64,000 nucleotides of DNA, taken from the IMG/VR virus record IMGVR_UViG_3300045988_138358. The stretch is one strand, 5' to 3'. Under the pieces are notes generated by a model. That model worked only from the letters and a program-made list of their open reading frames with translations. It did not search any database and had not been told where the DNA came from. The position numbers and the translations under genes are program-made. The stretch is from a virus. Lineage: Duplodnaviria > Heunggongvirae > Uroviricota > Caudoviricetes. Shown here one piece after another: positions 30,538-39,999 of this stretch (positions are counted from its first letter, which is position 1; every line of letters starts with the position of its first letter).

Positions 30538-31266
30538 ATGATGTCAGAAAAAGTTACAGATAATCCGTCTATAAATGAAACAGAACTAAAATCATTTTCT
30601 GAAATAATAAAAGATAAAATATTTAACAAGGTTTTTGCATATGTTGTCATTTCTTTTCTAATTTTTAACTGGAAGGATATTTTAATTATATTAAAGTCAA
30701 AGGACGACATCCTATATACATTATCTATTGTTTTTGTTGGTGGTAATGTCCCGTTCTTTGATAATTGGATTGTATCCCCGTGGGTTTATCACGTTGTAAT
30801 CCCATTTGTTTATGGAGTATTTGCATCTGTGTTAGCTCCTATTCTCACACTGAAGATATCTAAGCTAACAAGTAAATTATACACTGAAATAAGATATTTA
30901 GATGAAGCTGCTGATTATGATAAAAGAATAGAATTGCAAAGAAAGAAAACAAAGTTAAATCAAGCAACCAATGACGCTAAATATTCAAAACAAATCTTAG
31001 ATGAAAATGAAAATAAACTTAATGACCTAGCTAAGAAACAGCGAGAAATTTGCGGCGCGATAAAACTATTGCATACTGATGTTGGCAGTATTATTGAGCT
31101 ATATAAAAATAAGGGGGTTAGCATTGAATCTCCGCAAGATTTATGTGATTTTATAGTCGCTATAAAAAGCACATCATTCTATAATGATGACAAGCATTTT
31201 AATAAATTGGTGTCTGATATTTCCAGTTTGTTTGATAATACTGGAATTGATCTTTCAAAAAAATGA
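30538..31266 (+). CDS. AT-rich membrane protein with C-terminal coiled coil
   Basis: ORF track 242 aa; hydrophobic helices then Lys/Glu-rich coiled coil; GC content visibly lower than flanks. Confidence 0.5.
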   Translation: MMSEKVTDNPSINETELKSFSEIIKDKIFNKVFAYVVISFLIFNWKDILIILKSKDDILYTLSIVFVGGNVPFFDNWIVSPWVYHVVIPFVYGVFASVLAPILTLKISKLTSKLYTEIRYLDEAADYDKRIELQRKKTKLNQATNDAKYSKQILDENENKLNDLAKKQREICGAIKLLHTDVGSIIELYKNKGVSIESPQDLCDFIVAIKSTSFYNDDKHFNKLVSDISSLFDNTGIDLSKK

Positions 31267-31299
31267 AAGCCCAGCATAAACTACTAGGCTATGTGTGGT

Positions 31300-32493
31300 T
31301 TATGCTTTTTTCACGTACTCTATAAACATCTTCTCAGCCTGTTCTTGTGGCGTTCCAGCCATGACAAGCGCATCAATGAACGCCTGCTTCTTCAGTGCGA
31401 ACTGATCGGCAAGGCGTTGCTGAAGTTCCTTATTTTTCTGTTTCTCACGTTGCAAGGCCGCTTCTTTTGCAGCCGCCCGTTTTTTCTGTGCGTCTGACAA
31501 CTTTCTGGCCCTGGTCAATTGGTCACGTAGCTTGTCGATCTTGCCGTTGTCCTTTGCCAGTTTTGTACTTAAAGCTGCCTGGCGTTTCTGATAGAGCCTC
31601 CATTCGCGTTTGGCGGCTTCAACGTTCGTTTTACTGCTACGATTGCGATTAAACTCCTTCTCGTCTTCTTTTGAGAAGTGTTTAGTTGTACGGCGGCGAT
31701 CGTCACCAAATGCAATTTGCGTTGCAGCCTTTTGTAGCGCACGAGCAATACTCATTTGCCAACTGGCGGACTGTAACCGCGTCATTGAGTGGATCACGTG
31801 TTTACAGGCGACGCCTTGCAGCTTCGGGTTGCGAACTTTTGGATAGGCGTATTCTTTTGGCGGTGCCAGGGCAAAGTTACCCGCAGTGGCGATGTAACGA
31901 TACCAGTATTGATGACGACCACAGTCACAATCGAAAGACACTCGCCCGGCGCACAGTGATTTAGTGATTTTGAGAGCTGATTTATCGTCTTCTGCGATGT
32001 CATCAACCATCTGATCCCATTCTTCAAAGCGTATCCGGACGATATGGTGCTGGTGGACGGATATATCCGATGCTTCTACGCGGATATTAATCACATTGTG
32101 GCGAAGAGATACGGGGGTAGCTCTTTTGATACCAGATCCGTCATCCACGGCGTTATTTGCACGCTTAATATCGATTGCCTGGCTGGATGCCACCAGCTGG
32201 GCGTATGTGATGCCAGCCGTCTTGCTGTCATATTTTTCGCGCGTTTTACTCCGTAGCTTTTCGAAACCTTTCAGGTCGTCTCGCGTGAAGAACGTGCCGC
32301 CTTTTTTCTTCCCTAACTTGAGAATATCTTCGGCGGATTTGTTCCTCAGTCTACCTGGCGTCAGCGTCCGGTGAGCTTGTCGGCGCTTACGGGTTTGTTC
32401 TTTCCTGATAATCTCGAATAAACGCGTGAAGTCCTTAGAGGACAGGCCGTCAGTGATATAGCGCCCGTCCTGGTTTTTCAGGAAATCAGGCAT
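31300..32493 (-). CDS. hypothetical protein with SWIM-like CxC..CxH cluster and basic coiled-coil tail
   Basis: ORF track 397 aa. Confidence 0.4.
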   Translation of the reverse strand: MPDFLKNQDGRYITDGLSSKDFTRLFEIIRKEQTRKRRQAHRTLTPGRLRNKSAEDILKLGKKKGGTFFTRDDLKGFEKLRSKTREKYDSKTAGITYAQLVASSQAIDIKRANNAVDDGSGIKRATPVSLRHNVINIRVEASDISVHQHHIVRIRFEEWDQMVDDIAEDDKSALKITKSLCAGRVSFDCDCGRHQYWYRYIATAGNFALAPPKEYAYPKVRNPKLQGVACKHVIHSMTRLQSASWQMSIARALQKAATQIAFGDDRRRTTKHFSKEDEKEFNRNRSSKTNVEAAKREWRLYQKRQAALSTKLAKDNGKIDKLRDQLTRARKLSDAQKKRAAAKEAALQREKQKNKELQQRLADQFALKKQAFIDALVMAGTPQEQAEKMFIEYVKKA

Positions 32494-32815
32494 TTTCTAT
32501 CTCCGGTTCCGCGCTTGCGTAATCACGGATCTTGTTCCTCAGCCATGCCACATCAGGAAGAGTTAACGTGGTCCCTGCGGGCATTTCTTCCATTTCTGAC
32601 TCATGGCCCACCAGCACCCGGAATACCCAGCGCAAATCTGCATTGCCATACGCCCTGTAGGCTGCAAGGTCTGAACGATATACTTCATCAATCTTTATCG
32701 TGTACTGGAAATTATCAGAGTGATACTCCGATACCCGCTTAATCATTTCCTGGTGAAACAGCGCACGAAAAATATCGTCTTCAATGTACCTATCGTCGAG
32801 TCTGCTATAGCCCAT
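32486..32815 (-). CDS. hypothetical protein
   Basis: ORF track 109 aa; overlaps the downstream gene by 8 nt. Confidence 0.35.
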   Translation of the reverse strand: MGYSRLDDRYIEDDIFRALFHQEMIKRVSEYHSDNFQYTIKIDEVYRSDLAAYRAYGNADLRWVFRVLVGHESEMEEMPAGTTLTLPDVAWLRNKIRDYASAEPEIENA

Positions 32816-33008
32816 AACAAAGCCTCTCAGTCATAACCTGGGGGAAACTGTATGCAGGGTGTGAAATGCGAGAAACAGACAGGCCACCAGTTCAGGGGGA
32901 TGTGGTTCATAAATCCCCTCACTGGTGACAAGTGACTTTCATTAATCTTTATGCGGGGGCCAGCTTCATTTGCTGGCATTAGATTAAAAATTAAACGGAG
33001 TGAATAAC

Positions 33009-33143
33009 ATGGATGTTATCTTCGAATTATTAATGCTAATTGATCTGTTTATGAACGCTTCATTGACCACTCAAATACTGGCGTCAATATTTTTGTTACT
33101 CTTCTACCTGGTATTGAGGGAGTTAACAAAGCTACTAATGTGA
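33009..33143 (+). CDS. small hydrophobic protein, 44 aa
   Basis: Hand-found; ATG 33009 with GGAG ~10 nt upstream; stop abuts the stop of the convergent minus gene. Confidence 0.3.
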   Translation: MDVIFELLMLIDLFMNASLTTQILASIFLLLFYLVLRELTKLLM

Positions 33144-33797
33144 TCAAAGTATCACGGTATCTTCATCAACTTCTTTCCCAGTCAGTGTCTTTGACTGGGA
33201 GGTGCCTGCTTTAACTTTTTCATGCCCAATAATGGACAGGAACGAAGCGAGTATGCCTGTTTTTTGCTCTTTCTCGACTGTACCGGTCATCTGCTCTACG
33301 TAATCCGCACTGGCTACATTGTGGTATACGGTCGCGTAGCAACACAGGATCATCAAAATATGCTCCGGCCTGATATCCTGCCAGTTCACCCGGTAGACTT
33401 CTTCTCCGTTACCGTTGTATTCGGTGTCAACGATGGAGTCAGGGATTTCGAAAGCACCTTTGTTATTTTGCGGCAGGGATAATAGCTTCTGGAGTTTTAA
33501 CTCTCTGTATCTTTCCATCCCGACGATGATTGCTGCTCTGCCATCGGCATGACGGGTCTTGAGAGTCACCTGGCTTGCTCCGGTGCCAGCGGAGATCGTT
33601 GGCGTAATTTCGTCTACCAGTACCTTAAATTTGCTTTTCCGCAGGGCTGCTATAGCTGGAGGAATTTTTTGCTTTTGCTCCAATGCTGACGCGGGAAGGG
33701 GTTTTACTTCGTTAATAATGAGAGCACCGTCTTTCAGTATTGCAGTGAGCATTTGAGGCTTGCTGGTGGTCAGGCTGAATATTGCGATCTTTTCCAT
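33144..33797 (-). CDS. hypothetical protein
   Basis: ORF track 33144-33839 starts at GTG inside a terminator hairpin; ATG at 33797 with SD GGAGGAAGG is the likelier start. Confidence 0.4.
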   Translation of the reverse strand: MEKIAIFSLTTSKPQMLTAILKDGALIINEVKPLPASALEQKQKIPPAIAALRKSKFKVLVDEITPTISAGTGASQVTLKTRHADGRAAIIVGMERYRELKLQKLLSLPQNNKGAFEIPDSIVDTEYNGNGEEVYRVNWQDIRPEHILMILCCYATVYHNVASADYVEQMTGTVEKEQKTGILASFLSIIGHEKVKAGTSQSKTLTGKEVDEDTVIL

Positions 33798-33824
33798 TGT
33801 CCTTCCTCCACGGATGACGGATAC

Positions 33825-33849
33825 AAAAAAAGGCCGCACATGGCGGCCT
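33825..33849 (-). terminator. leader terminator/attenuator-like hairpin just upstream of the RBS of the 33797 gene
   Basis: Minus strand AGGCCGC-loop-GCGGCCT followed by six or seven U. Confidence 0.5.
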
Positions 33850-34065
33850 GCTTTGGCGTTATGACTCCCTACCGCGCTTCGGCTGAAAGTTAATCGTCAA
33901 AAGAACCTTCAACGGGAGCCGTTAGCGCGATGGATTATGTGCAGTTTGTGATTTCCAAAATAGTGTCAACCACTTTTGGTGGATTTTATTTTTTAACCGA
34001 AATTTGGCCTAAATCATGTTTATGTAGTTAATTGTTTTTATAACATAAAACTTCATTTTGTTTGC

Positions 34066-34689
34066 ATGAAGGATGGTGTAGTGAAGTTAAGGGCTTTAGG
34101 GGCCGCGCTCGCGGCTATGTTGGGATGCGTATCTGCTAATACTGCCAATGCAACTGCGTTACCTGCACAATTCAGGGCAGGGCAGCAGGTTATGAATAAC
34201 GCTGGTGGAGATCATTCACAAGCGGCCATTATGGACTTTTGCAAGAGGGAGGGCATTCCATTACGGCCTGTTGGAACTCAGTTTATTGGTAAAACTGACT
34301 TTTGCGTTTTTGCATATACAGCATATCTGACGGACAAAGCTATAACAAAAACAGGTTATTCAACCAAAGATACTCTTTCCAGATTAAGTCAGGGATGGCA
34401 GCAATTCGAAGTGTATCGCCAGCAAGGATTAGGTGAGTTATTGCAACCTCTTTTTATGCTTGCGTTGGTGCCAGAGGGGCAGCAATTTTTGGTTAAAAAG
34501 GGAATGCTTCGCCAAAGTGATATTGCCGGGTTCGATAGCATGATGGCTTATGAGCGCAAACTAACCGAGCAGCGAAATAAAAAACCATCTGCTTCATGTG
34601 TGCAAAGTAAAACAGCAGAATACAGTGCAGTAGCCGGGCCTTTAGCCAAACAAATGGCAGAGCAATGGTGTAAAAAATACGGGCAATAA
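34066..34689 (+). CDS. predicted secreted protein
   Basis: ORF track 207 aa; N-terminal signal peptide. Confidence 0.4.
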   Translation: MKDGVVKLRALGAALAAMLGCVSANTANATALPAQFRAGQQVMNNAGGDHSQAAIMDFCKREGIPLRPVGTQFIGKTDFCVFAYTAYLTDKAITKTGYSTKDTLSRLSQGWQQFEVYRQQGLGELLQPLFMLALVPEGQQFLVKKGMLRQSDIAGFDSMMAYERKLTEQRNKKPSASCVQSKTAEYSAVAGPLAKQMAEQWCKKYGQ

Positions 34690-34709
34690 GTTACGCAGCG
34701 GAGGCAGAA

Positions 34710-35102
34710 TTGAAAAGATTGGCTATTGCTTTACTGGCGTCTTTCCCTTTGATCGCGAGCGCCGGAAATTTACAAGTTAAGTGCGGTCGGTTTGATATAA
34801 AAATCTATCCAGATGCCATATTTCTGAATGGGAATAAGGTTGATAACGCACACCGAAAAACTGAATCTGACGTAATGAGCTATGTGTTCCAGGAGTATGC
34901 GGAGATGGGGGGAACTTACACGCTGTACTCGCTGGATGTTCCTTCTCGCGGTGATATGACATTATCCCATCAATGGCAGAACGCCGATGGCGAAGCTCTG
35001 CGCGAGGTTAAAACAGAAAAATGTGGCACTTTCCATTCTTTTAAAGGGAAAGCGCCAAATGTTAAATCTGTGCTTGAAAAACAGCGCGCAGGTGAGCTTT
35101 AA
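34710..35102 (+). CDS. predicted secreted protein
   Basis: ORF track 130 aa; signal peptide ending ASA. Confidence 0.4.
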   Translation: MKRLAIALLASFPLIASAGNLQVKCGRFDIKIYPDAIFLNGNKVDNAHRKTESDVMSYVFQEYAEMGGTYTLYSLDVPSRGDMTLSHQWQNADGEALREVKTEKCGTFHSFKGKAPNVKSVLEKQRAGEL

Positions 35103-35489
35103 ACACCTTTAACCACGGAGATGCCGTTCCCTGCACGATAGCGGCGGGGAACGGAATTCTCCATCAGGTCACGAATTACTCCCGCCTCATGTAGTTCCAC
35201 TGTTTCCCAGTATCTGTTTGTCACCAATTACGCCCCTTTCCGCCAGGGGAAGGTATGAACGAGCTTCTGCTTCGGTTGCAGCCATGACGCAGATATACAG
35301 GTGTTTTTGGCAGGAATAGAAACGCCAGATAAATTCAGAATGAGTTGGGGTGGGGATAGTAGCGATATTGGCAGCCTCCTTTGACTAAGTTAAGGAGCTA
35401 CCGCGTGAGGTTCCAATCCCGGCACCCGTTTTTCTAAGGTGCCGTAGAAATATACCCCACGATAAGGCCAGGGCGCAAAAGTCAGTATT

Positions 35490-35657
35490 TTATGCTTTGG
35501 CGGATTTCTTCCGGGCTTGCTTGCAGGCGTAGGCCATTGCTTTAGCTTTCACTTCATCCAGCTTCCCGGTGATCACTTCTTTTCCGAGAGTGACAAACCA
35601 GTCATAGCAACCGCCAGTGATGTTCTGGATTTGAAAGTTGAGGTAGCGAACGGTCAT
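35490..35657 (-). CDS. small basic protein, 55 aa
   Basis: Hand-found; ATG with GGGGG upstream; Lys-rich C-terminus. Confidence 0.25.
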   Translation of the reverse strand: MTVRYLNFQIQNITGGCYDWFVTLGKEVITGKLDEVKAKAMAYACKQARKKSAKA

Positions 35658-35978
35658 TTTGACACCCCCAGCGCGAGTAAAGAATGCAGATTATCGCGTG
35701 AGTGGCGGACAACGAGTGATGGGAAAAGACAGTAGCTGTTCATAGTGTAGTGACTCCTTGCTTTCGGAGCCGCCTTCGACTGTTCCACGGTCTGGTGGCG
35801 GCGCAATAAAGGCTGGAACACCGTGAGTCAACGGGGGCTTTTCAGCCACCTATATTGCACCGCCATAGGTATAGCGGCGGCAATAATACGAAAAACTAAA
35901 CAGTTTGTCTCAAAAAGTTGACCGGTGTGCCAATCGGTAGTGAATGTACATCGGAGAAATTTACAATTCAACTTAAAA

Positions 35979-35989
35979 TGTTAGAAAAC
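35979..35989. promoter_or_regulatory. operator-like half-site TGTTAGAAAAC overlapping the ref stop codon
   Basis: Recurrent motif. Confidence 0.35.
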
Positions 35990-36567
35990 TAATTTATCAA
36001 TTCAATCGCCATCTGATACAACGTCATTTCATCGGCATTGTGCCGCATGAAATCTGCTTTTCCGCCTATTTTTCCATCAGCATGAACAGGGACCAGCCAG
36101 GGATATTGTTCTCGGACCTCGGCTGGCGCTGCGTACTGGTGGTGCCATTTACACAAAGGGAGGACATATTTATGCGCGTTCTCTGCCGTTCTCCCGAAGA
36201 TATGGTGCAGGGATACCACTGGGCTATGTTGCCCGTGAATATGGCAGGCAATGCAGGGGAGAGTACCGATAGCGGTCTGTATCCGGCGTTCATCGGCTGT
36301 GAGTGATCTGCCCTTCAGGCCGCGTGACGTGCGTGTTTTTTTGGGCGGAGCGGATACCGCTTTATCTTTTCTCCGCTGTTCATATTGCTTTGCTTTTTCA
36401 ATTTTCTTTTGCCGATATTCAGGCGATGCGGCTTTTTCTCTCGCTCGCTGCTGCTGGCGTTGAGCTTGTTGAAGGCGCTTTGCCCTTTGTTCCTCTCGCC
36501 AGGCTGGGTCAGCCAATTTTTGCATGGCTTTTTGTCTCTGTTTCTCCCAATAACTCTGTTTCTGCAT
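35989..36567 (-). CDS. ref: Ref-like HNH endonuclease (P1 recombination enhancement function family, tentative)
   Basis: ORF track 192 aa; Lys/Arg/Gln-rich N-terminus plus C-terminal Cys/His nuclease-like core. Confidence 0.5.
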   Translation of the reverse strand: MQKQSYWEKQRQKAMQKLADPAWREEQRAKRLQQAQRQQQRAREKAASPEYRQKKIEKAKQYEQRRKDKAVSAPPKKTRTSRGLKGRSLTADERRIQTAIGTLPCIACHIHGQHSPVVSLHHIFGRTAENAHKYVLPLCKWHHQYAAPAEVREQYPWLVPVHADGKIGGKADFMRHNADEMTLYQMAIELIN

Positions 36568-36615
36568 GATGGCAGTCTCTTACTTTTCAACGATTTTTCT
36601 ATGATTGATCAAAAT

Positions 36616-36645
36616 TGTTAGATATTCAAAATTGATTTTCTAACA
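36616..36645. promoter_or_regulatory. operator-like inverted repeat TGTTAGA-N16-TCTAACA
   Basis: Between divergent ref and the 36688 operon. Confidence 0.55.
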
Positions 36646-36687
36646 CAAAATATTAATATCATTCCTGATAACTGTTTGGAGGACATG

Positions 36688-36840
36688 ATGCTTATAGCTT
36701 TAAGTGCGATCCACCAGCCATCTGTGAATGAAATTGGCCTGTTCTATGTGTTGTTTTTCGGGGCGTTGGCGCTACTTGAGCTTGGTATTGAGCTTTTCGC
36801 AGTGCTTATGTTTTGCGTCACGATTTTGGGGAAATTTTGA
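36688..36840 (+). CDS. small hydrophobic protein, ~50 aa
   Basis: Hand-found; GGAGG upstream; its stop overlaps the ATG of the next gene (TGATG). Confidence 0.3.
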   Translation: MLIALSAIHQPSVNEIGLFYVLFFGALALLELGIELFAVLMFCVTILGKF

Positions 36841-37463
36841 TGGTGAAACGTGTTTTGAAAATTTACATCGCGGGGCCGATGACTGGTTATCCAGATTACA
36901 ACCGTGCGGCGTTTAATGCGAAAGCGAGCGAGCTGATGGCTGAAGGGCATATCGTTCTGAATCCAGCTGTGTTACCTGGTGGCCTTTGTCAGAGTGAATA
37001 CATGGATATTTGCCTGGCAATGGTGCGTTCTGCTGATGCGATCTATCTGCTTAAGGGATGGGATGTGTCCGCAGGAGCACGTGCAGAACACGCTCTGGCT
37101 GAAAAACTGGGGTTGACGGTAATTTATGAAGCACCATCTGACACAGATTGCAGAATGGCAGCGCATCTTTACCGTGAACTGGTCGATGCGTTACGTGATG
37201 TTGCTATTGAATGTCACGGCACGGATCAGCTTCGCGCTCGCTTAAGCCAAACCCTTTCCAGTTACCTGTCTTTAGCTGAAGGATACAACCTCCGGCAGCG
37301 GAGAATGGTCAAATTAATCACGCGTTTATCTCAATCCCTGGCAAATGCCGAACCAACTAATCCGCTACCTAATGACGCAATGAATTATCTGAAGTCATGC
37401 GGCGTTGTTTCTGAAGATGCAGTTCGTTTTGTGGAGTTTATGTCTCAGAGGATGTCGGCGTGA
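36840..37463 (+). CDS. nucleoside 2-deoxyribosyltransferase-like (DUF4406-like) protein
   Basis: ORF track 36813-37463 starts at TTG; ATG at 36840 (MVKRVLKIYIAGPMTG) likelier. Confidence 0.5.
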   Translation: MVKRVLKIYIAGPMTGYPDYNRAAFNAKASELMAEGHIVLNPAVLPGGLCQSEYMDICLAMVRSADAIYLLKGWDVSAGARAEHALAEKLGLTVIYEAPSDTDCRMAAHLYRELVDALRDVAIECHGTDQLRARLSQTLSSYLSLAEGYNLRQRRMVKLITRLSQSLANAEPTNPLPNDAMNYLKSCGVVSEDAVRFVEFMSQRMSA

Positions 37464-37777
37464 GCTGGCGGGGATGGGGAAGGGCAGAAATCATGATACT
37501 CCGCCAGTGCGCCGGAACTATGACGGTAGAGAGTATTGGGAAGCTGATCGGTCGTACCGGTGATGCCGTCAGGACTAAAGCGCGAGAGCTGGGGATCAGA
37601 ATGATTCTGAAAGGTGACTTTCACCAGTCAGCCAAATATCGGCAGAGCGATATAGAGCTGGCGCGGCAGCTTCATCAGTGCGGTGTTCCCCGCCGTGAGA
37701 TCGCAGAAAAACTCGAAATGCCCCTGGGCATGATTAATCAGTACGTTTATTTCGAAAGGAGAGTGCATGAAGTCTGA
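37460..37777 (+). CDS. putative HTH DNA-binding protein
   Basis: ORF track 105 aa. Confidence 0.35.
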   Translation: MSWRGWGRAEIMILRQCAGTMTVESIGKLIGRTGDAVRTKARELGIRMILKGDFHQSAKYRQSDIELARQLHQCGVPRREIAEKLEMPLGMINQYVYFERRVHEV

Positions 37778-38468
37778 AGGTTTAACGCCAGAGCAACTGG
37801 CGGAGATCGAGCTTTACTATCCGTTACGTGAACGTTATTCACCGAAACCAGCGCCTAAATGCCCTGTTTGTGGCGAGGAAATGTCAATGCAGCGCATATC
37901 TGGATCACATGTTGTTTATGCCTGTTCCGGCATGGAGGATGACGGATGCTTCAAAACTGGACGAACTTATGCTGACGAGCATTACAAAAATTCGCGCATA
38001 TCAGTAGTTGATGGTAGCGATCCTGATGTGATTGAACTGCTTGACGAGAAAGTGGAGATGGCCCTAACGCTTGAGAAGCTGCGTGTTGAGCTGGAGGCCG
38101 CTAAAAAGTGTATTGCAGAGCTGGAAAGCAATAGCGGGGCGCTGGTGGCGGAATGCCAAAACAAAAAAGCAGCACTTGAGGCAATTCTTAGCCATCTCCC
38201 AATTAATCATCCAGATATAGACATCGCATGCGTAGCGAACATAGCTCATAACGAGTTAGGTGAAGCGAAAAGCACTATATCTGAGGCTTATCTTGTAGAA
38301 ATACAGGCTCAGGGATTGGAGGCATTCGCTTTGACGATGCGCGATACCGGAGATGATCCATTTTTTGATTCCGTTGCTTCTGCTTGCGCGGATGCGGCCG
38401 ACAGGTTCGCAGCCCTGCTTCGTAAAGGACAATCCTGCCTGCGCCCGAACTTTGAAGGGGAAAGATGA
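37767..38468 (+). CDS. Ea22-like mosaic paralog
   Basis: ORF track 233 aa; shares the LRVELEA coiled-coil module with three downstream paralogs. Confidence 0.45.
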   Translation: MKSEGLTPEQLAEIELYYPLRERYSPKPAPKCPVCGEEMSMQRISGSHVVYACSGMEDDGCFKTGRTYADEHYKNSRISVVDGSDPDVIELLDEKVEMALTLEKLRVELEAAKKCIAELESNSGALVAECQNKKAALEAILSHLPINHPDIDIACVANIAHNELGEAKSTISEAYLVEIQAQGLEAFALTMRDTGDDPFFDSVASACADAADRFAALLRKGQSCLRPNFEGER

Positions 38469-38791
38469 TGACCACATCTCATTCTGCAATTACCCAGGAA
38501 AAAGCCTTCCACATACTCGAACGATTAGAAACGCTCGCTACGGAGGAGAAGATATCCCCGGAGATGCTGGTCGAGTGCAGCCGTGTGATATTGCGTCGCA
38601 AGAACGACATCGCGCGGCTGACATCTGGCGCACCATCCGTATCAGCCAGTCCAACGCTTTATTGCAGCTTCTGCAACAAATCCCAGCACACCGTTAAAAA
38701 GTTAATTGCCGGGGACAACGCTTTCATCTGCAACGAGTGCGTGAAAGATTGCAACAACATTATCCAGGAAGAGCAAAGGGAATCAGCATGA
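38465..38791 (+). CDS. protein with C-terminal ClpX-type zinc-binding domain
   Basis: ORF track 108 aa; [39 protein letters not shown] is near-identical in pattern to the N-terminal zinc finger of E. coli ClpX as I recall it; no AAA+ module follows. Confidence 0.6.
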   Translation: MMTTSHSAITQEKAFHILERLETLATEEKISPEMLVECSRVILRRKNDIARLTSGAPSVSASPTLYCSFCNKSQHTVKKLIAGDNAFICNECVKDCNNIIQEEQRESA

Positions 38792-39504
38792 AATTTTCCA
38801 AATTTTCTGAGTTGGTGAATCGTATTTTGTCCGACAACCACAGCCATCGTCGCGATATGGATGTAACGATCGTTGTTCATTCGCCTGGTCGCATCGGTTC
38901 AACACCATCAGTTGAGGTTCAGTCAATTCAGGTGGGTTTTGATTGGGATGCCGGGAAAGTGCTGATTTTCCCAGCACAGCCACTGACCACGCTAACACCA
39001 GAACAGATTACTGATATCACGGATAGTGTGCGCAAAGGTCAGTCTTGGCACGCATATCAGGAATACAAGAAGCATAAAGAGCAGTTGGAAAAATTGTCGA
39101 TTGAACTGGATGCTGCAAGACGGCGCATTACAGAACTGGAGAGCGAACGCGCGGTGCTGGCGGCGGAGAATGCGGAGCTGAAGTCTGTGCACCCTCAACC
39201 ATTCGGAGCTGAGATGATGAAGGCTCTTGATGCGTATGAGAAGCATCAGGATGAAGTGCCAGAGACTGGAATGCTCAATGCATTTTTCATCTTGCGCGAC
39301 AGTATCTGTGTTGACACCCCAGCCACCGATGCTTTCCTGGCTGAAGTACGGGCGCAGGGGGTAGAGATGTACGCAGATAACCTCGACAACGGAGCAGACG
39401 ACGCAGAACGAGGTGGTTTTGATTATGCCGTTAAGTTTCTACGCAGTGAAGCGTCTAGTGTACGTTTGTTCGCCGACCAGCTTCGCAAAGGAGGCAGCCA
39501 GTGA
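38788..39504 (+). CDS. Ea22-like mosaic paralog
   Basis: ORF track 38737-39504; ATG at 38788 with AAGGGAA upstream. Confidence 0.45.
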   Translation: MKFSKFSELVNRILSDNHSHRRDMDVTIVVHSPGRIGSTPSVEVQSIQVGFDWDAGKVLIFPAQPLTTLTPEQITDITDSVRKGQSWHAYQEYKKHKEQLEKLSIELDAARRRITELESERAVLAAENAELKSVHPQPFGAEMMKALDAYEKHQDEVPETGMLNAFFILRDSICVDTPATDAFLAEVRAQGVEMYADNLDNGADDAERGGFDYAVKFLRSEASSVRLFADQLRKGGSQ

Positions 39505-39794
39505 ATATCGACACGACAATAACGATCGATACGCTCCTAAATACCGGTCTGGCACTTCTCGGTTGGCTTTACATCATGTCCCGTACATGGCGATGGCTGG
39601 GTTCCATTTTCCTGAAACAGTGGAAAAAACGGCGCAAACAGGAACTACGCCAGAAGGCATTAGAAGCGTTCTATGACGCATTTGAACTTGGCAGCATTGA
39701 ACCAGGCACAACAGCGAGGATAGCGACAAAAGGTGACCTGATGATCGTGATGTTCCGACAGGAGAAAGCAAATGGCAGCAAAGCGAATGACTAA
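39501..39794 (+). CDS. small membrane protein
   Basis: ORF track 97 aa; one hydrophobic helix. Confidence 0.35.
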   Translation: MNIDTTITIDTLLNTGLALLGWLYIMSRTWRWLGSIFLKQWKKRRKQELRQKALEAFYDAFELGSIEPGTTARIATKGDLMIVMFRQEKANGSKAND

Positions 39795-39999
39795 TCGCGA
39801 ACTTGTTGATGCCGCGATTGAACTTGCTGGCGATTTTTATTCCATGATGGGTTACGAGCATCGACCTGGTTTTAAGTATTGGGAGTCACCGCATCCGCAA
39901 GAACAACAGGTGTTTGAAATGGCCTGCCGCGCTTTTGAAGTTATTCGCGGTTCTGATGTGATGGACGCGGTTGCTGATTTGGAGGATGTTGCAGAATGA
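39772..39999 (+). CDS. hypothetical protein
   Basis: ORF track 75 aa. Confidence 0.3.
   Translation: MAAKRMTNRELVDAAIELAGDFYSMMGYEHRPGFKYWESPHPQEQQVFEMACRAFEVIRGSDVMDAVADLEDVAE

Noticed and set aside
33798-33839. N-terminal extension of the 231-aa ORF from a GTG at 33839
   Set aside because: The extension is the translation of a terminator hairpin and the SD; the ATG at 33797 is the sensible start.
33934-33969. Sigma-70 promoter TTGACA / CATAAT upstream of the leader hairpin
   Set aside because: The spacer between the two hexamers is ~24 bp, far from the canonical 17; only the -35-like element is noted.
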